Shown: positions 47,710-56,832, counted from the stretch's first letter. The stretch is DNA of 64,000 nucleotides from Burkholderiales bacterium (GCA_049582445.1 JBAUTZ010000310.1:6419-70418); one strand, 5' to 3'. Numbers and translations: made by a program. Notes: generated by a model not told the origin, from the letters alone.

Positions 47710-49002
47710 ATGCGCCTGCCAACCCTGCTCGGGCGGCTGTTCGGCGCGGGGCCCGGGCCAGCCGAGCGCGTCACGCGCAGGACCGAAGCATTGTGCCGTG
47801 CATTGCTCTCGGAGCGCGGCGAGGCCGCCGGCACCGCGCTCGCCCGCCAGGCGCTGGATGCCTACCAGTCGCTCGATGAGGAAGGCCGCGCGCGCCTGTT
47901 CGATGCTCTCGCACGTGAGTTCTCGCCGGACCCCGAGCGCGCCGCCAAGGCGGCAGAGGCCTACCGCCGCGACCCGTCTGCGGCGAACCAGGTACGCTTG
48001 CAGGCCGCCGTCGAGCCGCCGCGCCAGGAGCTGTTCCGGCGCCTGAACATGGCGCCGGGCGGCACCGCCGGGCTGGTCGCCCTGCGCCGGCAGCTGCTGA
48101 ACGAGCTGCCACGACACCCGGAATGGACTGCGCTCGACGCCGATCTCGCGCACCTGCTGCGTTCCTGGTTCAACCGCGGGTTTCTCGTGCTCGAGCGCAT
48201 CGACTGGCGAAGCTCTGCGATCGTGCTGGAGAAGCTCATCCAGTACGAGGCGGTGCACGCGATCAAGGGCTGGCCTGACCTTCACCGGCGACTTGAGGCG
48301 GACCGGCGCTGCTTTGCGTTCTTTCATCCCGCGCTACCCGACGAGCCGCTGATCTTCATCGAAGTGGCTCTGACGAGCAAGATGGCGAGCCGGGTGGAGC
48401 CCCTGCTCGACGTCTCGGCGCCGCTCGGGGATCCGCGCCGGGCGCGCTGCGCGATGTTTTATTCCATCACCAACTGCCAGGACGGATTGCGCGGCATCTC
48501 GTTCGGGAGCTTCCTGATCAAGCAGGTCGCGGAGGAGCTTCGGCGCGAGCTCCCCCAGCTGCGCACGTTCGCCACGCTGTCGCCGATCCCGGGATTTCGC
48601 CGCTGGCTCAAGGACCGCAAGGTCGCGGGGCTGGACCTGCTGGAGGAGCCCGAGTGGCCGCAGGCGAAGAAACCCGATCCGCTCGAAAAGCTGCTGATGC
48701 CGCTGTGCGCGGAATATCTGCTCGGCGCAAAGCGCGGCACGGAGCCGCTTGACCCGGTGGCGCGCTTTCATCTTGGCAACGGCGCGCGCCTGGAGCGCAT
48801 CAATTGGCTCGCCGACACCTCGCCGTCGGGGATCGAGAGCTCGGCGGGAATGATGGCGAACTACGTCTACCGGCTCGACGAGGTGGAGCACAACCACGAG
48901 CTGTTCGTGAACGAACACCGCGTCATCGCGTCGCGCCAGGTGGAACACCTGGCGCGCGAGCGCGCTCCCGCGCAGCGTCCGCGCACCGCGGTGCAGGCCT
49001 GA
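47710..49002 (+). CDS. Malonyl-CoA decarboxylase (MCD/MatA family)
   Basis: MFYSITNCQDGLRGISFGSFLIKQV...TFATLSPIPGFRRWL closely parallels the MLYCD catalytic-domain motif FYSIS.TQ.GL.G..LG.FLIK.V...SLSPIPGF.KWL. Confidence 0.85.
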   Translation: MRLPTLLGRLFGAGPGPAERVTRRTEALCRALLSERGEAAGTALARQALDAYQSLDEEGRARLFDALAREFSPDPERAAKAAEAYRRDPSAANQVRLQAAVEPPRQELFRRLNMAPGGTAGLVALRRQLLNELPRHPEWTALDADLAHLLRSWFNRGFLVLERIDWRSSAIVLEKLIQYEAVHAIKGWPDLHRRLEADRRCFAFFHPALPDEPLIFIEVALTSKMASRVEPLLDVSAPLGDPRRARCAMFYSITNCQDGLRGISFGSFLIKQVAEELRRELPQLRTFATLSPIPGFRRWLKDRKVAGLDLLEEPEWPQAKKPDPLEKLLMPLCAEYLLGAKRGTEPLDPVARFHLGNGARLERINWLADTSPSGIESSAGMMANYVYRLDEVEHNHELFVNEHRVIASRQVEHLARERAPAQRPRTAVQA

Positions 49003-49003
49003 G

Positions 49004-50224
49004 ATGTTTCCGGGACTTGACACCGACACGCGCGGCGCCGGCCGGCTCGCGCAGAACGTCATGCACTTCGCGCGACTGCTGCGCGCAGCGGGACTGCGCA
49101 TCGGCCCGGACCGTGTGATCGATTGCGTCCGCGCACTGGAGATCGCGGGCGCATCACGGCGCGAAGACTGGTACTGGACCATGTCGAGCGTGCTGCTCTC
49201 GCGCGAGGAGCAGCGCCCGATCTTCGACCAGGCGTTCCGCATTTTCTGGCGTGATCCAAAGCTCGTCGAGAAGATGATGCAGATGCTCCTGCCCAAGACG
49301 TACGGCCGCGCCGGCAAGGACGAAGAGCAACAGGCGCAGCGGCTCACCGATGCGCTGTTCGGCCAGAAGAAGCCCGAGCCGCGCGAGCAGCAGGAGCAGC
49401 GCATCGAGCTCGACGCAAAACTCACGTTCTCCGCGCGCGAAGTGCTGCAGCGCCTGGACTTCGACACCATGTCCGCGGCGGAGCTTGCCGAGGCGAAGAA
49501 GATGATCGCGGCGCTTCGGCTGCCGCTTCCCCAGATCCGCACGCGCCGGCTGGCGCGCAGCCAGCGCGGACGCCGAGTCGACCTGCGGGCGACACTGCGC
49601 GAGAGCCTGCGCGAGGGAGCGGACGTAATCCCGCTGGTGCGCGCGGCGCCAAAGCAGGTGCATCCGCCTCTCGTGGTGCTGTGCGACATCTCCGGCTCCA
49701 TGAATCCCTACTCGCGAATGTTCCTGCATTTCCTGCACGCGATCACCAACGACCGTGACCGGGTGTCGGTGTTCGTGTTCGGCACCCGGCTTACCAACAT
49801 CACGCGCCAGCTTCGACATCGCGACGTCGACGTCGCGATGGCCAAGGTCGCCGACGCGATCAAGGACTGGTCCGGCGGCACGCGGATCGGTGCCTGCTTG
49901 CGAGAGTTCAACTGGCGCTGGAGCCGGCGCGTGCTTGGCCAGAACGCGTGCGTGCTTCTGGTCTCCGACGGCCTGGATCGCGAGGCGGGCGAAGGCCTGA
50001 ACGAGGAAATGGAGCGGCTTGCGAAATCGTGCCGCTATCTCGTTTGGCTCAACCCGCTGCTGCGCTACGAACGCTTCGAGGCGCGACCCGCGGGGGTGCG
50101 CGCCATGCTGCCGCACGTCGACTTGTTCCTGCCGGTGCATAATCTCAAAAGCCTGCTGGACCTCGCCCGTACCATAAGCGGCCCAATGACACGTACCAAT
50201 CAGGAGAACCGCGCATGGAAATGA
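49004..50224 (+). CDS. coxE: VWA-domain protein (CoxE-like)
   Basis: VVLCDISGSM is the MIDAS DxSxS motif. The family partners with the MoxR ATPase. The ATG lies 1 nt after the MCD stop. Confidence 0.85.
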   Translation: MFPGLDTDTRGAGRLAQNVMHFARLLRAAGLRIGPDRVIDCVRALEIAGASRREDWYWTMSSVLLSREEQRPIFDQAFRIFWRDPKLVEKMMQMLLPKTYGRAGKDEEQQAQRLTDALFGQKKPEPREQQEQRIELDAKLTFSAREVLQRLDFDTMSAAELAEAKKMIAALRLPLPQIRTRRLARSQRGRRVDLRATLRESLREGADVIPLVRAAPKQVHPPLVVLCDISGSMNPYSRMFLHFLHAITNDRDRVSVFVFGTRLTNITRQLRHRDVDVAMAKVADAIKDWSGGTRIGACLREFNWRWSRRVLGQNACVLLVSDGLDREAGEGLNEEMERLAKSCRYLVWLNPLLRYERFEARPAGVRAMLPHVDLFLPVHNLKSLLDLARTISGPMTRTNQENRAWK

Positions 50225-50814
50225 CCGGCGAGCAGCTGATCCCTGCTTCACAGCAGGAGACGTGGAACGCGCTCAATGACCCCGAGATTCTCAAGGCCTG
50301 CGTACCCGGCTGCGAATCGATCGAGCCGATCGGCGAGAACGAGTACCAGGTGCTGATGGTCGCGCGGGTCGGACCCGTGAGCGCCAAGTTCAAGGGCAAG
50401 CTCTCGCTTTCGGACCTGAACCCGCCCAATTCCTACTCGATCGCCTTCGAAGGTCAGGGCGGCGCTGCGGGCTTCGGCAAGGGCGGCGCGCAGGTGAGCC
50501 TCGCGCAGGAGGCCGACGGTACCCGCCTGAGCTATGCGGTCAAGGCGAGCGTCGGCGGGAAGCTGGCACAAATCGGTTCGCGTCTGGTCGACGCGGCGGC
50601 GCGCAAGATCTCCGAAGACTTCTTCAAGGCGTTCACCGAGAAGGTCGCAGCCCTGCATGGGGGTCACGGCCACGAGGAGGCGCATGCCGAGCACGGCCCC
50701 GAGCCGGTGCCTGTCGACCCCGACATGCCCACCGTATCGGACGCCACCGTCGCCCTCATCGCGGCCGGCGCGCTGATCGCGGTTTTCGTCACGTTGTACG
50801 TGCTCTACGGATGA
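50215..50814 (+). CDS. coxG: SRPBCC/CoxG-family protein with a His/Glu-rich linker and a C-terminal TM anchor
   Basis: The CoxG-like core has VSAKFKGK...GGAAGFGKG. The tail is HGGHGHEEAHAEHG followed by ALIAAGALIAVFVTLYVLYG. An alternative ATG at 50221 forms an ATGA overlap with coxE. Confidence 0.8.
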   Translation: MEMTGEQLIPASQQETWNALNDPEILKACVPGCESIEPIGENEYQVLMVARVGPVSAKFKGKLSLSDLNPPNSYSIAFEGQGGAAGFGKGGAQVSLAQEADGTRLSYAVKASVGGKLAQIGSRLVDAAARKISEDFFKAFTEKVAALHGGHGHEEAHAEHGPEPVPVDPDMPTVSDATVALIAAGALIAVFVTLYVLYG

Positions 50815-51521
50815 GCGTGCTGCTGTTTCGCGATGATCCCTACCTCAAGGCCTGCGAGGCGACGGTCGTGGCCACGCGCGGCGATGCGCTCGAGCTAGAT
50901 CGCACGGTGTTCTTTCCCGCCGGTGGAGGCCAGCCGGGTGATCGCGGAGTGCTGCGTTGCGACGACGGCACCGAGTTCGAGGTCATCGATACGCGTAAGG
51001 GCGAACTGGCCGATCATGTGCTGCATGTACTCCCGGCGGGCAGCGCGCCACCCGCGGTCGGCTCGAAGCTCCGGGCGGAGCTCGAATGGGACCTGCGCCA
51101 TCGCCACATGCGATTTCATACCGCGCTTCACCTGCTGTGCGCGGTGGTCAAGGCGCCCGTCACGGGTGGCCGCATCGCCGCAGACAAGGCGCATCTCGAC
51201 TTCGATATCGACATGGAAAAACTGGATAAAGAAGCTATCGAAGCCGCGCTCAATGGCTTGGTCGGCGCCGCGCACGGTACGAGCGCGCGCTGGGTGAGCG
51301 ACACCGAGCTAGATGCGCGACCCGATCTCGTCAGAACGATGTCGGTCGCACCGCCGCGCGGCGAAGGGCGCGTGCGTCTGATCGAAATCCCCGGCGTCGA
51401 CCTGCAGGCCTGTGGCGGAACTCACGTCGCCAACACGAGCGAGATTGGCCGGCTGAAGGTCGCGCGAATTCGCTCGGAAGGAAAGCACAACAAGCGGGTC
51501 ACTATTGCATTCGCGCAATAG
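50811..51521 (+). CDS. AlaX-type alanyl-tRNA editing domain protein (COG2872)
   Basis: HTALHLL and CGGTH are the zinc motifs of the AlaRS second additional/editing domain. The junction with coxG is an ATGA overlap. Confidence 0.8.
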   Translation: MSVLLFRDDPYLKACEATVVATRGDALELDRTVFFPAGGGQPGDRGVLRCDDGTEFEVIDTRKGELADHVLHVLPAGSAPPAVGSKLRAELEWDLRHRHMRFHTALHLLCAVVKAPVTGGRIAADKAHLDFDIDMEKLDKEAIEAALNGLVGAAHGTSARWVSDTELDARPDLVRTMSVAPPRGEGRVRLIEIPGVDLQACGGTHVANTSEIGRLKVARIRSEGKHNKRVTIAFAQ

Positions 51522-51661
51522 ATCGCCCCGACGCGGGTCCGCCCGTCGGCCGGTTTGGACCACCGGTCTGAGGCCCCCTGGGCGCAGGCACTATTTCCTC
51601 TCGCGCACATTTTTTCAGTATCTATGATGGCAGCGACGTATCAGGCCAAGGGCGATTCGAA

Positions 51662-52291
51662 ATGGGAGACATGGCAATGTCCGCGTTGAGGAAGCGCGAG
51701 CGCGTCGCGACGGAACGGCGCGAGGCGGTCATCCTGTTCGCCGAGCTGCGCAACTTCACTCGCGTGTCCGAAATGCTCCCGCCGGAAAAGGTGCTGGCCC
51801 TCGCCAGCCAGTTCTTCGCTCTCGTCGCCACGGCAGTCGAGGAGAACGGGGGCGAGTTGCTCGCCGTGCACAACGACGAGCAGATGGCGATGTTTCGCAG
51901 CGGAGACATGGGCGAGGATGCGCGGCGGGCCGTCCTGGCGGCGCAGCGGGTTCAGCGTGAGTTCGGTACGCTCGCCGAGACATGGGAGCAGGAATACGGC
52001 CTGCGCGCCGCGGTAGCCATGGGCCTGCACCTAGGCGAAGCGGTGTTCGGAATGGCGGGCCCGACGGGAGCAGAACAATACGTCGCGTTCGGTGACTGCG
52101 TCAGCATCGCCGAGAGGCTGGTTCACCGCGCTCGTGCAGGCGAGTTCGTCTTCTCGCAGGCGCTGATGGACGCGCTATCCGCCTCGGGTATGGAGATCGA
52201 CGCGTCGAAACTTCCCGTCCTCGATCTGGCGCGACGCGAACGAATCGAAATCTACGGCGTCCTGCTCGACACGCGGCTCGATTTCACCTGA
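51662..52291 (+). CDS. Stand-alone class III nucleotide cyclase homology domain with divergent catalytic residues
   Basis: By-eye alignment gives FAELRNFT (metal Asp replaced by Glu), HNDEQMAMF (second Asp kept, specificity Lys absent) and GDCVSIAERL (Asn replaced by Ser, Arg kept). Confidence 0.7.
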   Translation: MGDMAMSALRKRERVATERREAVILFAELRNFTRVSEMLPPEKVLALASQFFALVATAVEENGGELLAVHNDEQMAMFRSGDMGEDARRAVLAAQRVQREFGTLAETWEQEYGLRAAVAMGLHLGEAVFGMAGPTGAEQYVAFGDCVSIAERLVHRARAGEFVFSQALMDALSASGMEIDASKLPVLDLARRERIEIYGVLLDTRLDFT

Positions 52292-52297
52292 GCGGCA

Positions 52298-52954
52298 CTA
52301 GCCGCCGGCGTCGGCGGCCGCTTCCCGGATCGCGGTCGCGATCATCTGCGGCGGCTGCGCGCCCGACACCGCGAACTTACGGTCGATGATATACGTGGGC
52401 ACGCCCGAAATCCCGAGTCTTTTCATTTCCTCCTCGAGTTCCGCCACCCGGCGCACTTCCGATTTATCGGCCCAACGCGCCTCCAGTCTTGCGGCGTCGA
52501 GTCCACAGGCCGCTGCGATGTCCTTCAGCACGGAGGCATCGCCGGTATCGCGCGCCTCTTCGAAGTAGGCCCGAAACAGGGCGTCGACCACCACCCCGCC
52601 CATCCCGTCCTCCTGGGCCATGTCGATCATCTGATGGGCCGCGAAAGTGTTCGGCGTACGTTGCATGCGATCAAACGCAAATTCGATTCCCTCTCTGCGA
52701 CCCTCGGCAGCGACGCCCGCGTCGAGCTGCCGGGCGCGCTCCAGGGACCCGAACTTGGCGCGTCGGTATTCCGCGCGCCGCATGCCCTCGCGCGGCATGC
52801 CAGGATTGAGCTGGAAAGGCAGCCACGTGATGCGGGGCTCGATCCCCGGCTCCAGGAGCGCAAGCGCCTTCTCCAGCCGCCGCTTGCCGACATAACACCA
52901 GGGACAGATGACGTCGGACACGACCTCTATCGTTACGCTTCGCGGTTCAACCAT
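52298..52954 (-). CDS. DsbA-family thiol oxidoreductase (FrnE/HCCA-isomerase-like)
   Basis: SDVICPWCYVGK is the CxxC motif in a DsbA-like fold. Confidence 0.85.
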   Translation of the reverse strand: MVEPRSVTIEVVSDVICPWCYVGKRRLEKALALLEPGIEPRITWLPFQLNPGMPREGMRRAEYRRAKFGSLERARQLDAGVAAEGRREGIEFAFDRMQRTPNTFAAHQMIDMAQEDGMGGVVVDALFRAYFEEARDTGDASVLKDIAAACGLDAARLEARWADKSEVRRVAELEEEMKRLGISGVPTYIIDRKFAVSGAQPPQMIATAIREAAADAGG

Positions 52955-52963
52955 CTGACCTCC

Positions 52964-53248
52964 TCAAGGCGAAAAACCGGTTGCCCAGCGGCTCGACATG
53001 ACTGCTTCGTCGATTTCGTGATCGGGAGGCGCCTGCTCTTCGCCCGCACCCTTGTCCGGCCCTGCGGCATCGGGGGTCTCGGCGAAGACTTCCTCGATGT
53101 CCTGCGATCCGATGACCGCCAGGCGGACCCACACCAGCAATACGATCGTGATCGCGATTGCGATCAGCCCGACCCAGCCGGCCACCGGATGATCCCGATC
53201 ACCCGTGCGGTCAAGGTCCAGGTTCCGACGCGGCTTGGCAGCGATCAT
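52964..53248 (-). CDS. Hypothetical single-pass membrane protein
   Basis: The third-codon positions are GC-rich in this frame and there is one clear TM segment (GWVGLIAIAITIVLLVWVRLAV). The ORF fits tightly between pmbA and the dsbA-like gene. I see no recognisable RBS or family. Confidence 0.4.
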   Translation of the reverse strand: MIAAKPRRNLDLDRTGDRDHPVAGWVGLIAIAITIVLLVWVRLAVIGSQDIEEVFAETPDAAGPDKGAGEEQAPPDHEIDEAVMSSRWATGFSP

Positions 53249-53291
53249 GGCGGTTGGACCGCGTACGACGTCAGATGTTCGGCGGCGGCGC

Positions 53292-54659
53292 TCAGTCCCC
53301 CGCGATCGTCATGTTGTCGACGAGAATCGAGCCCGACCGGCGGGCGCCGCGCACCACGAGGTCTCCGCCGATCGCGGCAATGCCACGCAGCATCTCCTTG
53401 AGATTTCCGGCGATCGTGATTTCCTCGACTGGATAGCGGATCTCTCCGCCCTCGACCCAGTATCCGGCCGCGCCGCGCGAATAGTCTCCGGTAATGAGGT
53501 TGACGCCCTGACCCATCAGTTCCGTCACCAGGAGCCCGGTACCCAGCACCTTCAGCATGCCGACGAAGTCCGGCGCCGGTCCGCGGCCAACCTGGCGCAC
53601 GCTGAGGTTGTGATGCCCGCCCGCGCTACCCGTGCTCTGCAGGCCGAGCTTGCGCGCCGAATAGCAGCCGAGAAAATACCCTTGCAGCACCCCTTCGCGC
53701 ACGACCAGCCGCGGCCGCGTCGCGACGCCTTCCTCGTCGAACGGCGAGCTGGCGAGCGCCTGGCGCTCGAGCGGCTCCTCCTCGATCGTGACGATCGGCG
53801 AAAACACCTGCTTACCGAGGCTGTCGACGAGGAACGACGCCTTGCGGTACAAGTTGCCTCCGCTCGCCGCGGACACGAACGCGCCGATGAGCTGTGTCGC
53901 GACCGGTGCCTCGAACAGCACCGGGGCCTTGCGCGTGGTGATCTTGCGTGCGCCAAGTCGGGCCAGCGCACGCTCACCCGCGTAGCGTCCCAGCGCGACG
54001 GCGTCCGCGAGCCTGCCCGGCACGCGCGCGGCGCTGTACCAGTCGTCTCGCTGCATGAAGCCCTTGTCTTCCGCGATCACCGAGCACCAGAGTGAATGGC
54101 GCGATGTCGGGAATCCGCTCATGAACCCCAGGCTGTTCGCAAGAACGAACTGCGAGTGCTGCGAGCTGAGCGATGCACCCTCGGAATTCTTCAGCTTGGG
54201 CGACAGGGCAAACGCCGCTGCCTCGCACCGACGCGCGGTCTCGATGGCCTGCTCCGTCGTCAGGTCCCACGGATGGAACAGGTCCAGATTGGGGAACTCG
54301 CGTGCGAGCAAGTTGGGCTCGGGAGGGCCGGCGCAGTCGTCCTCCGCCGTATGGCGCGCGATCGCGAGCGCCGCCGCGACGGTTTGCTCCAGCGCTGCGG
54401 CGGAAAAATCCGACGTGCTGGCATGTCCCCTCCGCGCATGCGGGCGTTCGCCGAGGTATACGGTCACGCCGATGCCCTTGTCGCGATTGTGCTCCAGCGT
54501 GTCGACGTTTCCCTTGCGCACCGTAACGGAAAGTCCATAGCCCTCCGATACGTCGCATTCGCAGGCGTTCGCTCCCAGACGGACGGCATGCGCCAGCACG
54601 ACCGAGGCGAAGTCTCGCAACTGTCCGGCCGAGTACGTGAAGCGGTGCGACTTGGACAT
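53292..54659 (-). CDS. pmbA: Metalloprotease PmbA (TldE)
   Basis: 455 aa of the PmbA/TldD family along its full length (for example GHHNLSV and YWVEGGEIRYPVEEITIAGN). Confidence 0.9.
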   Translation of the reverse strand: MSKSHRFTYSAGQLRDFASVVLAHAVRLGANACECDVSEGYGLSVTVRKGNVDTLEHNRDKGIGVTVYLGERPHARRGHASTSDFSAAALEQTVAAALAIARHTAEDDCAGPPEPNLLAREFPNLDLFHPWDLTTEQAIETARRCEAAAFALSPKLKNSEGASLSSQHSQFVLANSLGFMSGFPTSRHSLWCSVIAEDKGFMQRDDWYSAARVPGRLADAVALGRYAGERALARLGARKITTRKAPVLFEAPVATQLIGAFVSAASGGNLYRKASFLVDSLGKQVFSPIVTIEEEPLERQALASSPFDEEGVATRPRLVVREGVLQGYFLGCYSARKLGLQSTGSAGGHHNLSVRQVGRGPAPDFVGMLKVLGTGLLVTELMGQGVNLITGDYSRGAAGYWVEGGEIRYPVEEITIAGNLKEMLRGIAAIGGDLVVRGARRSGSILVDNMTIAGD

Positions 54660-54681
54660 GGCGCGTTATCATAACAGCGCG

Positions 54682-55200
54682 ATGCAGGACGACCTCGAAT
54701 TCAGCAAGACGAAGCGCAAGCAGGCGATGCACGAGCTGCAGGCGCTCGGAACCGCTCTTGTCGCGCTCTCCGAAGGGCAGCTCGAGTCGCTGGAGCTGCC
54801 TGACGAGCTCGCCAGCGCCGTCGCGGAAGCCCGGCGGATCTCGAGCCGCGAAGGCCGCCGACGCCAGTTGCAGTACATCGGCAGGCTCATGCGGGACCTT
54901 GACCCGGCGCCGATCCGTGCGCAGCTCGATCGCCTTGCCGGTCGCTCGGCGGAGGACAGTGCACGGCATCGGCGGGTCGAGCATTGGCGTGCGCGCTTGC
55001 TCGAGGACGATGCGGCCCTCACCGAGTTCGCGAGCGAGCACCCCGCCGTGGACCTGCAGGCTCTGCGCGCGCTGATCCGCAACGCGCGTCGAGAACAAAA
55101 GGAAGGCCGCCCGCCACGCGCCTTCCGCGAAATCTACCGCGTGTTGCGCGAGGCGAGCGCGTCGCCCGCGGTCGATAGCAACTCGGAAACGTCGGCCTAA
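54682..55200 (+). CDS. yjgA: Ribosome-associated protein YjgA (DUF615)
   Basis: SKTKRKQAMHELQALG and GRRRQLQYIGRLMR are typical YjgA motifs, and the gene is divergent from pmbA as in many proteobacteria. The start is set at ATG 54682. Confidence 0.8.
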   Translation: MQDDLEFSKTKRKQAMHELQALGTALVALSEGQLESLELPDELASAVAEARRISSREGRRRQLQYIGRLMRDLDPAPIRAQLDRLAGRSAEDSARHRRVEHWRARLLEDDAALTEFASEHPAVDLQALRALIRNARREQKEGRPPRAFREIYRVLREASASPAVDSNSETSA

Positions 55201-55266
55201 TGGGTTCGTGCATTGATCGTAGGGGCGAACCTGTCCATGGACGCGGCTAGCGAAGGGGGCACACTC

Positions 55267-55719
55267 ATGCTGCAGCTCGAGCCGCTGTTTCGCGCCGAGA
55301 TCACGCTTGCACGAGCGCAGGACCTCGGCGAAACGCCGATGGGCCGCAGGCGCATCATTCCGATTACGGGCGGAACCTTTTCCGGGGCGCGGCTCTCGGG
55401 CAAGGTGCTGCCCGGCGGCGCAGACTGGCAGGTGATCCGCCCGGACGGAGTGGCGTACCTGGATGCCCGCTACAGCATCGAGACCGCCGACGGCGCGCTG
55501 GTCTATGTACGCAATCGCGGCTACCGTCATGGCCCGCCCGAAGTGTTGGCCCGCCTTGCCCGCGGCGAGGCCGTCGACCCTGCGCTGTACTACATGCGCA
55601 CCACGCCATGGTTCGAGACCGGCGACGCGCGCTACGCCTGGCTCAACCGCACCGTCTGCGTGGGCAGCGGAATGCGGCTCGCATCGGCCGTGCGGATCGA
55701 TTTCTACGCCGTAAAATGA
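55267..55719 (+). CDS. DUF3237 (UPF0311) family protein
   Basis: GRRRIIPITGGTFSG...GADWQ is the hallmark of the family. ATG 55267 is preceded by GAAGGGGG. Confidence 0.7.
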   Translation: MLQLEPLFRAEITLARAQDLGETPMGRRRIIPITGGTFSGARLSGKVLPGGADWQVIRPDGVAYLDARYSIETADGALVYVRNRGYRHGPPEVLARLARGEAVDPALYYMRTTPWFETGDARYAWLNRTVCVGSGMRLASAVRIDFYAVK

Positions 55720-55723
55720 CTTT

Positions 55724-56320
55724 ATGACGGATATGGAACAGCTCGTGGTGGGGCTGGTGTCGATCAGCGACCGAGCCTCGACGGGCGTCTACCAGGACGA
55801 GGGTCTGCCCGCGCTCAGGGACTGGCTCGCCGGCGCGATCGCATCGCCCGCCTTGCGCGACGAGACACGGCTGATCGCGGACGAGCAGCCGGTCATCGAG
55901 GCGACGCTGAAAGAGCTGGTCGACCGGAAGGGCTGTCACCTCGTGCTAACCACCGGCGGCACCGGGCCCGCGAAGCGCGACGTCACGCCGGAGGCGACGC
56001 TCGCGGTAGCGGACAAGGTGATGCCCGGCTTCGGCGAGCAGATGCGTCAGATCAGCCTGCAGTTCGTGCCGACCGCGATCCTTTCCCGGCAGGTCGCGGT
56101 GATCCGGAAGCAGGCGTTGATCATCAACTTGCCGGGGCAGCCCAAGTCGATCAAGGAGACGCTCGAAGGACTCAAGGACGACGCGGGAAGGCAGATCGTC
56201 CATGGCATCTTCGCGGCGGTGCCCTATTGCATCGACCTGATCGGCGGACCTTATATCGAGACCCGCGAAGCGGTCGTAAAGGCATTTCGCCCAAAGTCCG
56301 CCGTCCGCCCCAAGCCCTGA
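55724..56320 (+). CDS. mogA: Molybdopterin adenylyltransferase MogA
   Basis: It is near-colinear with E. coli MogA (GLVSISDRAS.GVYQD, LVLTTGGTGPA.RDVTP, GFGEQMRQISL.FVPTAILSRQ). Confidence 0.9.
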   Translation: MTDMEQLVVGLVSISDRASTGVYQDEGLPALRDWLAGAIASPALRDETRLIADEQPVIEATLKELVDRKGCHLVLTTGGTGPAKRDVTPEATLAVADKVMPGFGEQMRQISLQFVPTAILSRQVAVIRKQALIINLPGQPKSIKETLEGLKDDAGRQIVHGIFAAVPYCIDLIGGPYIETREAVVKAFRPKSAVRPKP

Positions 56321-56794
56321 TCAGCCGCGCCCGACCTGGCTCTGATCGATGGTTTCCATCGCTCGGCGCCTGAAGTCGAGCGGCGAGTCGATGTTCTGGA
56401 TCGGGGTCTTGCCACCACCGGTGCCGTTGACGATCAGGGTTCCGAAATCGAAGATCCTGCCGAATATGCCCTGGTCGACGTTGAAGCTCTCCACCTTGCT
56501 GTGATTGAGCTCGACGGTGTGGCGCATGATGAGGCCCGTCTTGGCGATGACGCGCTTCGAAGTCACTGCCAGCTCGGTGGCAATCTTGACCACCAGCGCC
56601 TTGAGCAGCCACCAGAGCGCGACGAGCAGCGCGATACCGCCGAGAATCGGCCCGATGCCATGCGGCAGCGTCAAGGCGCATAGCACAAGCCCGAGCACGA
56701 AGAGCGCTGCGCCTGGAACGAAGATGAACCAGTGAATCTTCGCCTGGTAGACGATCTGCTCGCCCGGCATCAGATTGCCGCTTACGTATCCCAT
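56321..56794 (-). CDS. Membrane protein with a bacterial PH (bPH_2/YdbS-like) domain
   Basis: GEQIVYQAKIHW is followed by two TM helices and then a PH-like beta region. Confidence 0.7.
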   Translation of the reverse strand: MGYVSGNLMPGEQIVYQAKIHWFIFVPGAALFVLGLVLCALTLPHGIGPILGGIALLVALWWLLKALVVKIATELAVTSKRVIAKTGLIMRHTVELNHSKVESFNVDQGIFGRIFDFGTLIVNGTGGGKTPIQNIDSPLDFRRRAMETIDQSQVGRG

Positions 56795-56832
56795 CCGGTT
56801 CCCCTTTCGCCCATCCTATCGAAGACCTGGAA

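Noticed and set aside
46791-50224. The MoxR ATPase and VWA pair viewed as an independent MoxR-VWA system
   Set aside because: Their position directly after coxSLM and before coxG fits the known CoxD/CoxE maturation role. Only the intervening MCD gene is unusual, and that is reported separately.
51662-52291. A Pycsar-like antiphage cyclase, suggested by the small stand-alone divergent cyclase
   Set aside because: There is no adjacent cNMP-binding TM or TIR effector gene. The downstream gene is a convergent DsbA-family gene and the upstream one is alaX. The context is core-metabolic, not a defence island.
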